A stretch of 64,000 nucleotides of DNA from the human T2T-CHM13v2.0 reference genome, Homo sapiens: the NCBI RefSeq assembly GCF_009914755.1, contig NC_060925.1. One strand, given 5' to 3'. The translations under genes and the position numbers were made by a program. The notes beneath the pieces are model-generated. The model was not told the DNA's origin and ran no database searches. It saw nothing but the letters and a program-made list of their open reading frames with translations. Position 1 is the stretch's first letter. Every line of letters starts with the position of its first letter. Below, one piece after another: positions 24,171-39,160 of this stretch.

Positions 24171-27100
24171 TGGCCTGTCCCACTGGGCTGTTCTGTGGGC
24201 GTTTTCTATAGCCCGGCCCGGGCAAAATGCCTCTGGTAACGAGGAGTCCAGAGGTTTCCTGGGTCCCTCCCGTGGGGACTGGGGGCTAATGAAGGATGGC
24301 TGCTGAGCCCAGGAAGTTGGGAGCGAGACAGACAGGCAACTGCTAAGTGTCTTTTGTGCAGCAGTTACTGGAGGAGGCCACACACCCTGAGGTCTAAACG
24401 CAGCTGGGACCTCGCTGGGACTCCAGGCAGTTTGTGAGCAGGATATACCGAGTTCCTGGCCATGCCAGGCTTTTAGCCCAGCACAGCACCACGCAGCCGG
24501 AGACTGCTGTTCGGTGTCCAGTCCTGTGGCTTACTGTGTTCTGTTTGTATTGTTTTCCTCCTAAAGGAGGCTGGAGGGCTGGGGAGGAAGGGAGTAGGGG
24601 GCAGGGGTAGGGAGGGGAGGGGATGTGGTTGGAGAGATGGAGGGACCCTCAAACACAGAGCTGCAGAAGGAGGCGCTGCTATGCATGCATCGGGCTCAGC
24701 TGGTGGGTATGGGAACTAGAAGGCTCTCTGGGATGTACTGGATCTAGAAGGCTTTCTGCGGCCTCCCTAAGCTTGGTTTTGCTGAGGCCTGTGCCAGCGA
24801 GGTGAGTGAGGTTCAGACCGCCTTTTCCCGTTCCCTTACCAGCCAGCCAGCAACACAGATCCCGCCGGAGTGCCGTCACTAAACTGCAGTTTACCTACCC
24901 ATGCACTTTATTACCAAAAAAGAAAAAAAAAATACACACCAAAATCCCTAACCCTAAGAACCCTGCTATCCAAATTATTAATTTGCATGTGGGATCAGTT
25001 ATGTCTTTATGAAATCCAAGTGTGTTTAGCTGCCCCGGAGACAGCCCCGAGTTGATTTTGATAATCTCAGCCTGAATAGACTTGCTTCGTCGCAGTAAGC
25101 CGCGGACAAAAGGCTGGACAGTGGCTGAAAGCCCTTTGACAACATGTCTCTCTTTCCATTGTCCCAGGGTTGCTGATAAAAGAATCGGGAGTCCATTAAT
25201 TCAGTGAATGAACATATAGTAAAGTCAGTCCCCTCTTGAGAACAATAATGTTGAGGTCAGCTACGGTTGCCATGGAAACTAAGTATTCCTAAGAAGTTTG
25301 CATCCTTGATTTTGCTGAATCAAAGGCTGCAGGCAGAGAGGTGTAAGGCGGCCCAGGCAGCAGAAAGTCGGAAAGCACCGCCCACACCATCCCCTTCCCA
25401 AGGCAGCGCTGGGCCGTGGCCCTGGGGACCCTCATCCGCCCCTGGGGACCAGCCCAGGTGCCTGGCTTCCGCTTCCTCCGTCTTCTCTCCCCCCTCCCCC
25501 CACCCCACTCCCAGGATCCCGTTTTCACAACTGTTGCGGCTTGTCTGGGGAGGCCGCATTGCTCCTGAGGCTCCAGTCCGCAGGGCAGAAATCAGGCCTG
25601 AGGGAGGGGCCGCAGCCACAGCTCCCGTGGCCTCCAAGGTGGCAGCCGGCCCTGGGTGGACTCTGACCTCTCGCCACCTCGCCACACCTGAACTTGCCCC
25701 CTGGGGTAGGGCGGTCCCGCAGGGGCCCCTTCACAGGCTGATAAGGGTGATTAATGGCCCGTTAGCATGGCCCAAGGTGAGTTATGGGGCAGCTCCAGGC
25801 TGGGTGACAACTTTATCAATGTAACCCTTTTGCCGCCGCCCCCCCACCGCCATTCTAAATTGAGTTGATTCTACTTACCCCACCCCCACCTCACCTGAAG
25901 GATCCCTTAAATCAGCTGAAACCGTCAGATTCGGCTGGGAGAGGTGCAGCTAATTACCGTCCTATGCAGTGGTTTATTACCTGCTATGCTGGTGCCATGG
26001 TCTCTACCACCCTGCGTGTCTGAGGTGGCTTCCTTTCTGCTCTGCAAGGCCCCAGGGCCTGAGGGTGCAGGGGGCTCAGGGCAGCCTGGGAAAGGCATTG
26101 TTCACACACATCCAGCCCAAGTCCAAGAGCACATGGGGGGACGTGAGAGTTTAACTTGTCCTTTTTCTGTGTCAGTGAAAGAAGAGCCTGGGCTTCTCTC
26201 TGACCCTGAAGCGTCCTGGGAAGCCTGCGAGGGTACAGCCTGGGGGAAAGGCCCTGCAGAAGTGGGGCTGGAGTGGATGGAAACTGGGAGGCAGGGCAGG
26301 GGGCTGTGTCCCCCATCTCGGGGTCCCTGGCTCAGCATGAGAACAGGTGGCTCTGGGGACCCTGCTGTCATCAGAAATGACTTCTATTGTGCTGAGGCTT
26401 TAGGCTGAAACTTAAATTCCAGTAGGAGACGAAACATCACAAATTTTAGAAGGACACACTCAGACGCTGCCTTAACCCCAAGTTAAACAGAGGGGTCTTC
26501 TTACCTTGGAGACCCAGAGGAGCCGGACCAAGCCAGGGCCCCTTCCCCACCCACCCCTGCCCTTTGGACCTGGTTCTGCCCGGGGCAGCGCGGCCCTCAG
26601 CCTTGAGCTCCAGGCCTGGCCGTTTGGTTTCCTCTTTTGCAATGGGAGATAATGAGTCTCACGTGCTGCGTGGTTCAGGGGTGAGGTGGGGTGAGGTGGG
26701 GTGAGGGCGCAGCCGTGAGGCACAGCTCTGGGTACCGAGGGTGAGGTGGGGTGAGAGCGGAGCAGTCAGGCACAGCTCTGGGCACCCGGCGTGAGAACCC
26801 ACGTCCAGGGCTTGGCTGCTCTTTACTAGGTGTGGGAACGAGGGACCAGTCAGGGTGGTGGGAACCCAGCGACCAGGGTAGGGGGCCCCTGGGCAGACAC
26901 CTGCCTCTGAAGTGGTATCATGGCACCTGCAGGGGTCAGGGTGCACAGGTGCTGCCCTGGAACCAGCACCCCTTCTCCACAACCGAACCGACGCCACAGG
27001 GTGCCCAGGGCAGCCCCTCCGTTGTGGCCACCCAAGCAACTCCCACAGCAGGGTGCAAGGGGAGGCCCTGCAGACAGGACACCTCTCGCAGGCGCCTGGT

Positions 27101-28806
27101 TCTGCAGCAGGATTTATTGGCTACATTACCAGCTTTATAGGAGCCAGATGGTGGCGTCAATAAACCCTGTCCATAATCTTCAGGTGGGTGCAATATTGAG
27201 TTAATTAAATTGTGCTGCTCTATTAGGAGAGAAAAATAGATCAGCTCTGAGCCCTGGTTAGCCTCTTCTGCTTTAAACACGAACACACACCTCAGCAAAG
27301 TCTGTGGTAATTGGTTTGGGCGGGGAGTTCTCTCTTCCACACAGCCACGCCGCCTCCCTCCTAAGATACCTGCCAAACCTCGTTACCACGATTCTCATCA
27401 GCTGGGCTTATGCATGCTAGTGAGCCGGGTGGCGGGGTTCCCCTCCAGTGTAAAAGAGGGCAACTCTCCTGGGTGCTGGGACTCCTTGGGACCCTTCCCG
27501 AGGCCTGGCTCCTCGCTTCTGTGACATCATGCTGTGCCCCCCTCTTCCTGAGCCCTATCTCCCTGTAGCTAGGTGCCCAATGGCCTGAGCATACCTCCCT
27601 CTCGTGGTGCAGGTTGAGTGCTCCCGGCTCCGAGGGCCAGCTCTGAGGTCCTGCATGCCCAGCGGTGTCCCTGTGCGGGCATTGGGGGGCTGGGCTCTGC
27701 AGCTGCTCCTCTGCATAACGGTGTCCAGGCCGGGCCCCAGGTGGGCCCTGAATCCCTCAAATAGAGGGGGGATCTTCCCTGGCTTCTTGGGGCCCAGTCC
27801 TGCTCTAGAGCCAGAAGAAGGCTCTGGGGAGAGTGAGGGCCTCATGTGCCCAGTGGGGGCCGCGGTGGAGGTCCCTAAGGCCTATCTGGCTGGTGGAAAT
27901 TTTCCGCAGGAGGTGGGCCCCTCGTGGAAGGTGGTATCTCCCCACCTTATCTAAGAAGCCACCTGCTGTTAGAGAAAGCGCCTGCCCTGGGGGTGGGGCT
28001 GGTGGGCAGCAGGGTGGGGCAGCCAGGTCCCAGGAGAAGGTTGTAGATCCACTAGCATCCCGGGCTCGTGTTCCATGAGACTACTTCTCTGGTGGGGGCA
28101 CTGGCTTCCTGGGGCCGACTGTGATCCCACAGCTGCGTGGACCGTGGGGGTCCCAGCTGGGACCACTGAGCAGCAGTGCCGAGCCTCCCCCTCCTGCCTC
28201 ACTACCACAGCAGGTTCCAGGTTGGCCTTGAGACAGTGTGTGTTCAGCCTTGTACTGCGGGGTGGAGGCGGGAAGGAGGGTCATGCAGGAAAGAAGGAGA
28301 AAGGCAGGGGTGTGTGCTCGTGGAGATGTGGCATTCCCCCTCCCTGGCTCCGACACCGGGCTGTCCTCTACCAAACACCAGCCGCGTGTGCAGGAACCCC
28401 TCGAGCCCGCGCGCTGCTGCTGCGCTTGTCACCCTCGCTTACAGAATGCTCGCCAGGCGCCACGTGCTCTGCAGCCTCCACGATTCTCCTGCATGGATCC
28501 CCACACTAGCCATCCAGGTAGTATCACCCCCACCAGGCCACGTCGGAAAATAAGGCACCACACTCTTTTTTTTAATTTAATTTAATTTAATTATTATTAT
28601 TATTATACGTTAAGTTTTAGGGTACATGTGCACAATGTACAGGTTAGTTACATATGTATACATGTGCCATGCTGGTGTGCTGTACCCAATAACTCGTCAT
28701 TTAGCATTAGGTATATCTCCTAATGCTATCCCTCCCCCCTCCCCCCACCCCACAACAGTCCCCAGAGTGTGATGTTCCCCTTCCTGTGTCCATGTGTTTT
28801 TATTGT

Positions 28807-30737
<1,931 letters not shown>

Positions 30738-31210
30738 TGAGGGTCGTGTGCAGCACACAGCCTCCCAGACGGCTCTCACCACAAAGCCAGGGCTGCCCCC
30801 GACACTTCAGGAGCCCAGCCCATGATGGCACTGAGCTGTCAACACAGTTGGGCTCAGAGAGAGGCAAGACAGTGGGGCGGAGTCCTGGGAGGAGGTGTGG
30901 CATTCATCTGTGGCCACAGTGGCACGGGGAGGGGGCGGGAGACACAAGCCATCCCCTAACTCTGTGGCTCGAAACAGCACACGGTGCCCCTCCTTATCGC
31001 ATTCAACTTAGCTGCTGTGGGCAAGCAGCAGGGCTTGGTCCACCCTGGCGGTTGGGCCCAGTTTGTCCTGACTGCCTGCCCCCCTTGGACGCCAGAGCTA
31101 TCTGGGAGTTGTGAAATATTCCTGGTGGCAGCAGAAGAAGACAGCAGACACACATAGTCCTCATCCTCCTTAGGCCTTGGCTCAGAATGAACCCATTGTC
31201 ACTTGTGCCC

Positions 31211-31324
31211 AAAGCCAATCCCGTGGCCGCACCGACACCCGAAGCCAACCCCGTGGCCGCACTGACACCCGAAGCCAACCCCGTGGCCGCACCGACACCT
31301 GAAGCCAATCCCGTGGCCACACCA
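31211..31324. repeat. 30-bp tandem repeat, ~4 copies
   Basis: Unit gaagccaaccccgtggccgcaccgacaccc. Confidence 0.93.
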
Positions 31325-31749
31325 ACAGTACAGGGTGGAACGAGCTCCGCCTCTCAGGGGAGGGACAGGATTACGTGGCAGAGAGCAGGTATGTGGCACA
31401 GTGACAGCGCCTCACCTGGGACTGGGACTGGAGAACAGCTCAGGCCACCCCTTGCTTTTGCTGATGCTGAGTAACTGGTAGTGAGGTTAACCAGGAGGGA
31501 CGAGGAGAGGAGACATCCAGATAAGAGAAGATAAACTGGCCTGACCCAACCAGTCTGAGAAGGCTGCATGCTCCATGCCACCAACTCCATGGCACTCCAG
31601 ACAAAGCAACACTGTAGAAGGACCAAAATCATCAGGGGCTGCTGCGGGCTGGGGGTCGGAATGAGTGGGCAGGGCATGGGCTCAGGGCAGGGGCAGGGCT
31701 CTGTGTGGCACTCCCAAGGTGGGTCCACGCCCCATTCTACATTCATGCG

Positions 31750-31957
31750 TAACCATGACCCCTCAGGTCAGCTGTGGACTTCGTTAATAATAACGGGCTG
31801 ATACTCGTTCATCTATTGTAACAAGAGTATCACACCAACGTAGGTGTTCATCACGGGGGAATTGCGGGGAGACAGGGAGAGAATGAGTCAAGGGGAACAA
31901 TGTACTGTCCACCTGTTTTCCTATGCACCTGTCATTGCTCTAAAAAATAAAGTCTTC
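31750..31957 (+). mobile_element. Old L1 (L1MC-like) 3' end, interrupted by AluY
   Basis: ctgtggacttcgttaataataa...ttcatctattgtaacaag...ggggaa...tgctctaaaaaataaagtct matches L1MC-type 3' terminus. Confidence 0.75.
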
Positions 31958-32426
<469 letters not shown>

Positions 32427-33042
32427 TTACTTGTTAATACGTTAAGTGACGCACGTAGGGCTGTGCTGGCCTGCAGCAAACACTCAGTAAGTGGCGAAGG
32501 TAGTCAATGAACACTGGTAGTACCTGGCAGGCCGCGGAGGGCTCTTCGAGTTGGTTGGATTCTAAAATCCTTGTGGTCCAGGGTTGTGGATCATTCCTTC
32601 ATGTGTGTGGGTGCCACTGGCACAGCTGACCCCAGTTTCTGGCTCTCTGCCTTCCAGGAACGAGGTAGGATGAGACTCTCTGCCCACCTGGGGTTGGGTG
32701 GAGCATCAGGCCGGTGAGTATGAGGGAGGGCACTGCTGCTCTAGGCCGGGCACCAGCTGCTGGTGTGGTCCCTCCAGAGTTCTCTGCTCTCCAACACTGC
32801 AACCAGAGAGTCCCAGAGAGCTCCTCAAGTTTTTACCACAAGCAGAGCTGCCCTGCCAAGTCACACTGGGCTTAGGAAAAAAATAAAAGTCACATGTTTA
32901 TTTAGGAAAAATAAGACTTTGTTACTTGGTTAAGACAATGAGTTTTAGAAGCTGTTTGTTACATTGGCATAACCTTGCTCACCCTGACTGATCTGCTTAG
33001 TGAGTTCCTTGTGTCTGATTCAATTCTACTTTTCAAAACATC

Positions 33043-33400
33043 CCTCATTTATTCATTCACTCACTCATTCATTCAACAAATACGCCTGCCTTGGGGTCTT
33101 GCAGGCTGGCGTTTGAAGACACTTCTCCATTTAATAGTGCTGCCAGGATACAACCAACCACACATCGGAGCCCGCACAGTCGGAGGGCTGATTCACTGTG
33201 ATGCCATTTTATATAAGAAACTTGAGCATCCTTGGATTTGGGTACCTACAGTGGGAGGAGGTGAGTGAGAACCAGTGTCCCCACCACAGGGACAGCTGTG
33301 TCTAGGAAGCACCTACTGTGGGTGGGGAGCTGTCCTGGGTGCTGGAGACATGAGGTTGGATTCCACCAACCTCACCAGACTCCTCCTGGAGTCTGAATTC
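33043..33400 (-). mobile_element. L2 3' end split by a MER2/Tigger3-type insertion
   Basis: cattcattcaacaaatac (33060-33083) continues as agcacctactgtg...ctgtcctgggtgctggagaca after 33301. Confidence 0.6.
33170..33300. mobile_element. MER2/Tigger3-family DNA transposon end
   Basis: gccattttatataagaaacttgagcatccttggatttgggta...gaaccagtgtcccc...agggacagctgt resembles the MER2/Tigger3 terminus. Confidence 0.65.
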
Positions 33401-35809
33401 TTCTGGGACCTCAGTTCCCTGCAACAAGGACCTCTTAGGCCTTTGCTTTTGGTGCCCCAGTTCCCTGGGGACCTCCAGCTGTGAGGATCCAAATCAGATC
33501 ATCACAGACCTTGGAGGGGTGGGGAAGGCAAGTATCTACCGTCCTGCTGCACTGAGATGCCCGTGTCCTCCTGCGGTGGGCTTGGCTGCATCCCTGTACT
33601 TTGCAGATTCTGAGGAGTCCCTTCTCAGGGCTATTCCTCTTCTCATCTGTTATCTATGGGGGGGATATTGTGAGGATAACAAATTGAGTTTGGCCAGAAA
33701 GAGTGGGATTCTTAATGTAACAGATTCCGTGTGAGTGTACCGTTTTCTTATTGAGTAATATTTCCCTCTTTGAATAATACTCTCTTTCAGCGTTGGCCTC
33801 TTCTTATGCTAACGGGATTCATTACTCCACCTGACACCCACTTCCATCAGCCAGGGCTGCATTGGGAAACTGTTTCTTCTTGCCCAGTTAACAAGATGTT
33901 TCTCCAGTATAGTGTTGATAAATTAAGTAATAAAAAGCAAGACGTATTATTTTATGTTGGAACCTCGCCTCTGTTATTTCTGAGCAACGGCCAAGACTCA
34001 GATTATTAGCCACAGAAATGTTTGCATTGCCTGGGATGGAAAATTATCACATAAAAAGAGTCTGGTCTGGTGTTCATCACAGATCAGCTGAGAGGAAGCG
34101 GAGATATTTGGAGAAAAAAGCATCCACTGTAGCCGGCTCACGCACACCGGGTTAGAGGGGAAGGGGTGAGCGCGCGGCGGCTTCTGCCGGGGAACAGGCT
34201 CCCTGCTCGAGCCAGGCCAGGGCTTTCTTCTTGCCTCCCAAACCTGAGGCTCTGGGTTACCAAGGCCCCAAAAGGGCAGATAATTATCGGAAGAGAATCT
34301 GAAGCCTGGGCACCCCAGAGAGCTGCAAAAATAAAATGAGGAGGAGGACTTTTGAATAGATTTCCTCCCTTTGTATTTCTGTTTTGGACGAGAAATGCAG
34401 AGGCGGGAGCAAAAGGGAACTGGCAAGGTGGAGAAAGCAGCAAATTAGGCCAGAAGGAAGGCCTGGATTGGCGGGCACCCTGGGTCGGTGGGGAGCTGCA
34501 GGGATGAGCAGTACCTCCGTCCCGGCCCTTCTGCCCACACACAGCCCTTCAGTAGTTCACACCGGCCCAAGGGGAGGCTCGAGTCACCCTCAGCTTACCC
34601 ACGAGGAGGGTCCAGGCAGGCGCCGGAAGCAGAAGATCCCAGGGATTCCCTCCAGGGGCTGCAGCTGGGGCTGGGGAGACATCGCCTGGGCCTCGTTCAC
34701 CATGATGACTGTGCCTGGGCGTGGCAGCACCCTCCGTGTGCAAAGTCAGGCCATATTGGGCTCAGGCCTGGGTGGTAGAGGCCACCCCTTGCAGCTCGCC
34801 AAGGGATGATCTTAGGGCACAACTGGTGAGTTCTGGGGGCCACACAGCAGCCCTGTGAGGCAGCTGCCTTTCTTCCCCTCCACATAATCATGAGAAAACT
34901 GCATTCAAGCAGGTAAACTCACCACCCAAGGCCACATAGGCAGTAAGCGGCAAATCAGGCCCCCCCAAGAAAGCCCTGAAACCCAGACCAACTAGTGAAC
35001 AGGAGGCTGGGGCAAGAGGGGACCCAGTGAAGTGTTTTGCAGCGTAGCCTGCAGCCCCGCATGCTCTGGGCTGTCCAGGTTTCTGAGGTTGGAAAGAGTG
35101 TGGTCCCCACAACCAGCCCCAAGCAAGGGACTTCTGCGTGAGCCACCTCCGTGGGCCTGGGATGCGCCTCTCCACTGGGCCTGGGATATGCCTCCCCTCT
35201 CCATGGTCAGGTCTGGTCCCAGCTGTCCCTCCCTCGTTAGTGCAGCAGGTGCCGTCTGTGTGTCCCTCATCCAGGCTTCCTTACAGGGCACCCAGGATCT
35301 TCCATTACTAAGCTGTGGCCCTCAAACTCTCCCCATAGTATCCTCCAAGCCCCCTGCACTTCTTTGGGCCCCTGGTTTTCCAGCATCACACACCCTTCCC
35401 ACCTCCCCATACAACTCCAGGGAAGACTTGCATCTCCCCTGCGGTGTACCCCTCAGAGACCACCTTCTGAAACCCCACTCTCAAAAAGAAACTCTTTGCT
35501 TTTCAAACAGCTTTAGTTGTGTGAACCCAAGCAACTACCCACACCCTGGCCTAGCAGGGAGCACTCCTGATTGTCTGGATTCCTGTGGTTCTGGGGGGCC
35601 AGGCCCCAAGGACAGCTCCACAGGCCTTTGGGGTTTTACTCAGCTCTAACCCCACAGGCTGCCTCTCTGCTAAGCCTCTTCTGAGCTGCTTCCGAGCCCC
35701 CATGAGGGTCTGTCCACAAGCACTTTCTGTGGGCCTGGGAGACTTGGTGGTGAAAAGAAATTCCTGGAAGGCAAAGGGCTCTGTAAGAAAACTCCTTTAT
35801 CCTACTGAC

Positions 35810-35935
35810 ACCTTAATTTCTTCGTCTGTAAAGTGGAAATAATAACTTTTGCCTCAGAGTTATGGTGGTGACTATACAAGTTGTGGTGTGTAAAGCAAAC
35901 TTAAAATAGCACCTGGCACATGCTTGAGACTCAGA
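35810..35935 (+). mobile_element. MIR 3' half
   Basis: ttcttcgtctgtaaagtggaaataata...tgtaaagc...cttaaaatagcacctggcacat. Confidence 0.75.
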
Positions 35936-35949
35936 GTGAGATCAAGATT

Positions 35950-37070
35950 TGTGTGATGATGCTGGTGATGAGGTTGATAATGAAGATGAAGATGATGGTG
36001 ACCATGGTGGTAGTGATTATGTTAATGATGAAGGAAATGATGATCATAGCTTTGATTATGATGGTGTTGATGATGGTGATGGTGGTGGGGTGATGACGGT
36101 GATGGTGATGGTGGTGATGATGGTGATGATAATGATAGTGATGGTGATGATGATGGTGGTGGTGATGGTGATGGTGATGGTGGTGGTGATGATGGTGATG
36201 GTGATGATGGTGGTGGTGATGATGGTGGTGATGATGGTGATGGTGATGATGGTGATGGTGGTGATGATGGTGGTGGTGATGATGGTGATGGTGATGATGG
36301 TGGTGGTGATGGTGGTGGTGATGATGGTGATGGTGATGATGATGGTGGTGGTGATGATGGTGGTGGTGATGATGGTGATGGTGGTGATGGTGATGGTGGT
36401 GATGATGGTGATGGTGATAATGATAGTGGTGATGATGGTGATGGTGGTGATGATGGTGATAATGATAGTGGTGATGGTGGTGATGATGGTGATGGTGATG
36501 ATGGTGATGCTGGTGGTGATGGTGGTGATGATGGTGATGGTGATGATGATGGTGATGGTGGTGATGATGGTGATGGTGATGATGGTGATGGTGGTGGTGG
36601 TGATGGTGATGATAATGATAGTGGTGATGATGGTGATGGTGGTGGTGATGGTGATGGTGATGATGGTGATGGTGATGGTGATGGTGATGGTGGTGGTGGT
36701 GATGGTGGTGGTGATGATGGTGATGGTGAAGGTGTTGATGATGGTGATGGTGGTGGTGATGATGATGGTGGTGATGATGGTGATGGTGGTGATGATGATG
36801 GTGATGATGGTGATGGTGATGATGGTGATAATGATAGTGGTGATGATGGTGATGATGATAGTGATGATGATGGTGATGATGGTGATGGCGGCGATGATGG
36901 TGATGATGATGGTGATGGTTGTGATGATGTTGGTGATGGTGGTGATGATGATGGCATGATGGCAGTGATTCAAGTGATGAGGAAGATGATGATTTAGGTG
37001 ATGAGGGAGATGATGATGATGGCAATGATAGTGATGATGATACCATTGATGATGACGATGATGATGATGA
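35950..37070. repeat. ~1.1-kb compound (GGT/GAT)n trinucleotide repeat
   Basis: Read directly; source of the poly-His, Met/Val and Ser/Pro artefact ORFs. Confidence 0.97.
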
Positions 37071-37164
37071 GCCTCAAGGTCCCATCTAGACACAGTCATT
37101 ACATGGGAGAACCAAAGAGCCCAGGAAAGGGCAGACATCAAGGGACCAGAAGACCCCAGAAGCT

Positions 37165-37340
37165 TCAGTTCTGGCTCCATCATCAACCAGCGTGACCTGG
37201 GACAAGTCACTTAACCTCTCAGGGCCTTGTTTTCTGCCTTGGCAACAGAGGGTAGACACTCTGTTCCCCACTCAAGTTCCTGGGCTAGGGAGGACCCCGG
37301 GAGATAAGGCATGGAACAGTGCTCAGGAGAGTCCTTCACA
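37165..37340 (+). mobile_element. MIR
   Basis: gtgacctgggacaagtcacttaacctctcagggccttgttttc MIR core. Confidence 0.75.
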
Positions 37341-38329
37341 AACATGAGGCATTAACAAGAAAAAAAAAAAAAAAACAGGAAGAGGCAGAAAGAAAACTCT
37401 TGAATGTCCCTCACGCCCTGGTCCTCTTAGGTGACCTCTCACACAGAGAAGCGGGCCTTGGGGAGTGAATAAGAAATACAGGACTTCCTGCGAGATAGCA
37501 AGTGAATTGTGAGCCGCGAATTACTTTTTTCCTTTGAAAAATGAGGTAGTCGGGTCAAAATATTTTTGCATTTCAAACACTTGAGTTCCTTTGTCCTTGG
37601 GGCGAGATGACTTGGTTTCCATGCAGCCTCACAATGCATGGAAACATCTTTTAGCTGCCAGACGGGGCTTCTGATAAGCCGCCAATTCATAGTGTGGGTT
37701 TGGAGAGCTGGAGACGGGGTGAGAAAGCTGAGGCCTTTGCAAAGTCTATTTACACAGTGGCGAGAGTCCCTTTCACCCTCTCCGGCAAACAGGCCCTGGA
37801 GCACAGGCATTGAACCCAGGGGGCCGGGTAGATGACCTGTACACACGGCATTGCCCACCAGCCCACGCACACACCAGACCCACCTAACTGGGTTCCTGGG
37901 GGAGACCTGCCCAGATACCCCTGGAGCCAGACCCCCAGGGACCTCCTCCACTCCTCCTGTGTCAGGGCAGCCTGCCTCCTGAAAGAACTGGCGTTCAGCC
38001 TGCCCCGCCCTCCGTCCTGGTCCCCACCCTCCATCCTGGCTCCGTTCAGAAACGTGCCCCAGGGACCAGGTTTGCTCAGTTGACAGGTTGTCTGGCCTGC
38101 AGCCTGTGCAGCTCCTGGTCCCATGGGCCATGAGGCAATAGGAAGAGAAAGGAAACAGCTGTCATCCTACCCCCCACCCTGTCTCCTTTCCTTTTCTAAG
38201 CCACCTGCTCTGCTGCCCTTGGAGCTGAATGGAAGCTTCCAGTACAGGTACTTTCAGAGGGAAGGACTGAAAAATCAGTCGGCTTGTTTATTTGACTAAT
38301 GCGCCCTCAGGCACTTGTGCTTTTAGCAA

Positions 38330-38440
38330 GTAGTACCCATTCTACAGGTGAAGAAATTGGGCACAGAGAGGTTCGGTAATCTGCCGAAGATCACACAGCA
38401 GTGAGGGGCATTGAACCCAGGTGCTCTGGCTCTGTGTGCT
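38330..38440 (-). mobile_element. MIR
   Basis: cccattctacaggtgaagaaattgggcacagagaggttcggtaatctgccgaagatcacacagc...ttgaacccagg is the reverse MIR core. Confidence 0.8.
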
Positions 38441-38958
38441 AAGCACAGACATGAGGCTCCTGTTTGATCCATTAACGTGCATTTGTGACCCAGTTGCGTC
38501 CCTGGACTCTGAAGACCAAGGGCTCCCTCCTTCCCCCAGGGACTCCACATTATTCTGGTAACATGGGAATCTGAGGGACAGCCCCACACTTGTGAGTCAC
38601 CAGGAGTCCATCTGAAGGCAAAGCCAGCCAGCGGGAAAAATTCAACCAGACCGAGCAGGAGTCTTGCCCTGGGGCCCCCAAGGAACCGGCTTCATTCAAG
38701 AGCCTGGGATCCACAGTGTCACCCTTGGCGGGAGGCGTGGTTGGCCAGAGCCCCTCCCTCTGTGTCCCCCATCTCCTCCTGGTTGCAGGCTATTCCTGGC
38801 CACTCCTCTCCTCAAAACCAGATGATGAAGTTGGAGGGATGGGGTCCTTGCTGAGGGGTTTTGGGGAAGGGGTGCAGCTTGAAAAGAACCCACAGAGAAA
38901 AATCCCACAGGACACACATGTGCTCTTTAGTGGGGGAGGCAGTTCAGTGACGATGACA

Positions 38959-39160
38959 GCAGTAATGACAACACACAGAAAACATGAGGGTGTGCGAGCA
39001 TGGGGTCCCAGGGACGACACCTGCGGGGTGCTGCCACGATGGTGCTGGGAGGTGCGGGGTGCAGTAATGACAACACACAGACAACACGAGGGTGTGCGCG
39101 CATGGGGTCCCAGGGAGGACACCTGCGGTGTGCTGCCGCGACGGTGCTGGGAGGTGCAGG
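38959..39160. repeat. 102-bp tandem duplication, 2 copies
   Basis: gcagtaatgacaacacacag... starts at 38959 and 39061. Confidence 0.92.

Noticed and set aside
24567-24801. Pseudo-exon (ttttcctcctaaag acceptor, GAG|gtgagt donor)
   Set aside because: Plausible signals, but such pairs are common in long introns and there is no independent support
31003-31474. Repeat proteins (PEANPVAAPT / ATGLASGVGA)
   Set aside because: Translation of a 30-bp intronic minisatellite without exon signals
35931-37210. Long ORFs (371-aa poly-His, 336-aa Met/Val, 311-aa Ser/Pro, 384-aa Thr/Ile)
   Set aside because: Pure translations of the GGT/GAT repeat; no splice or promoter context
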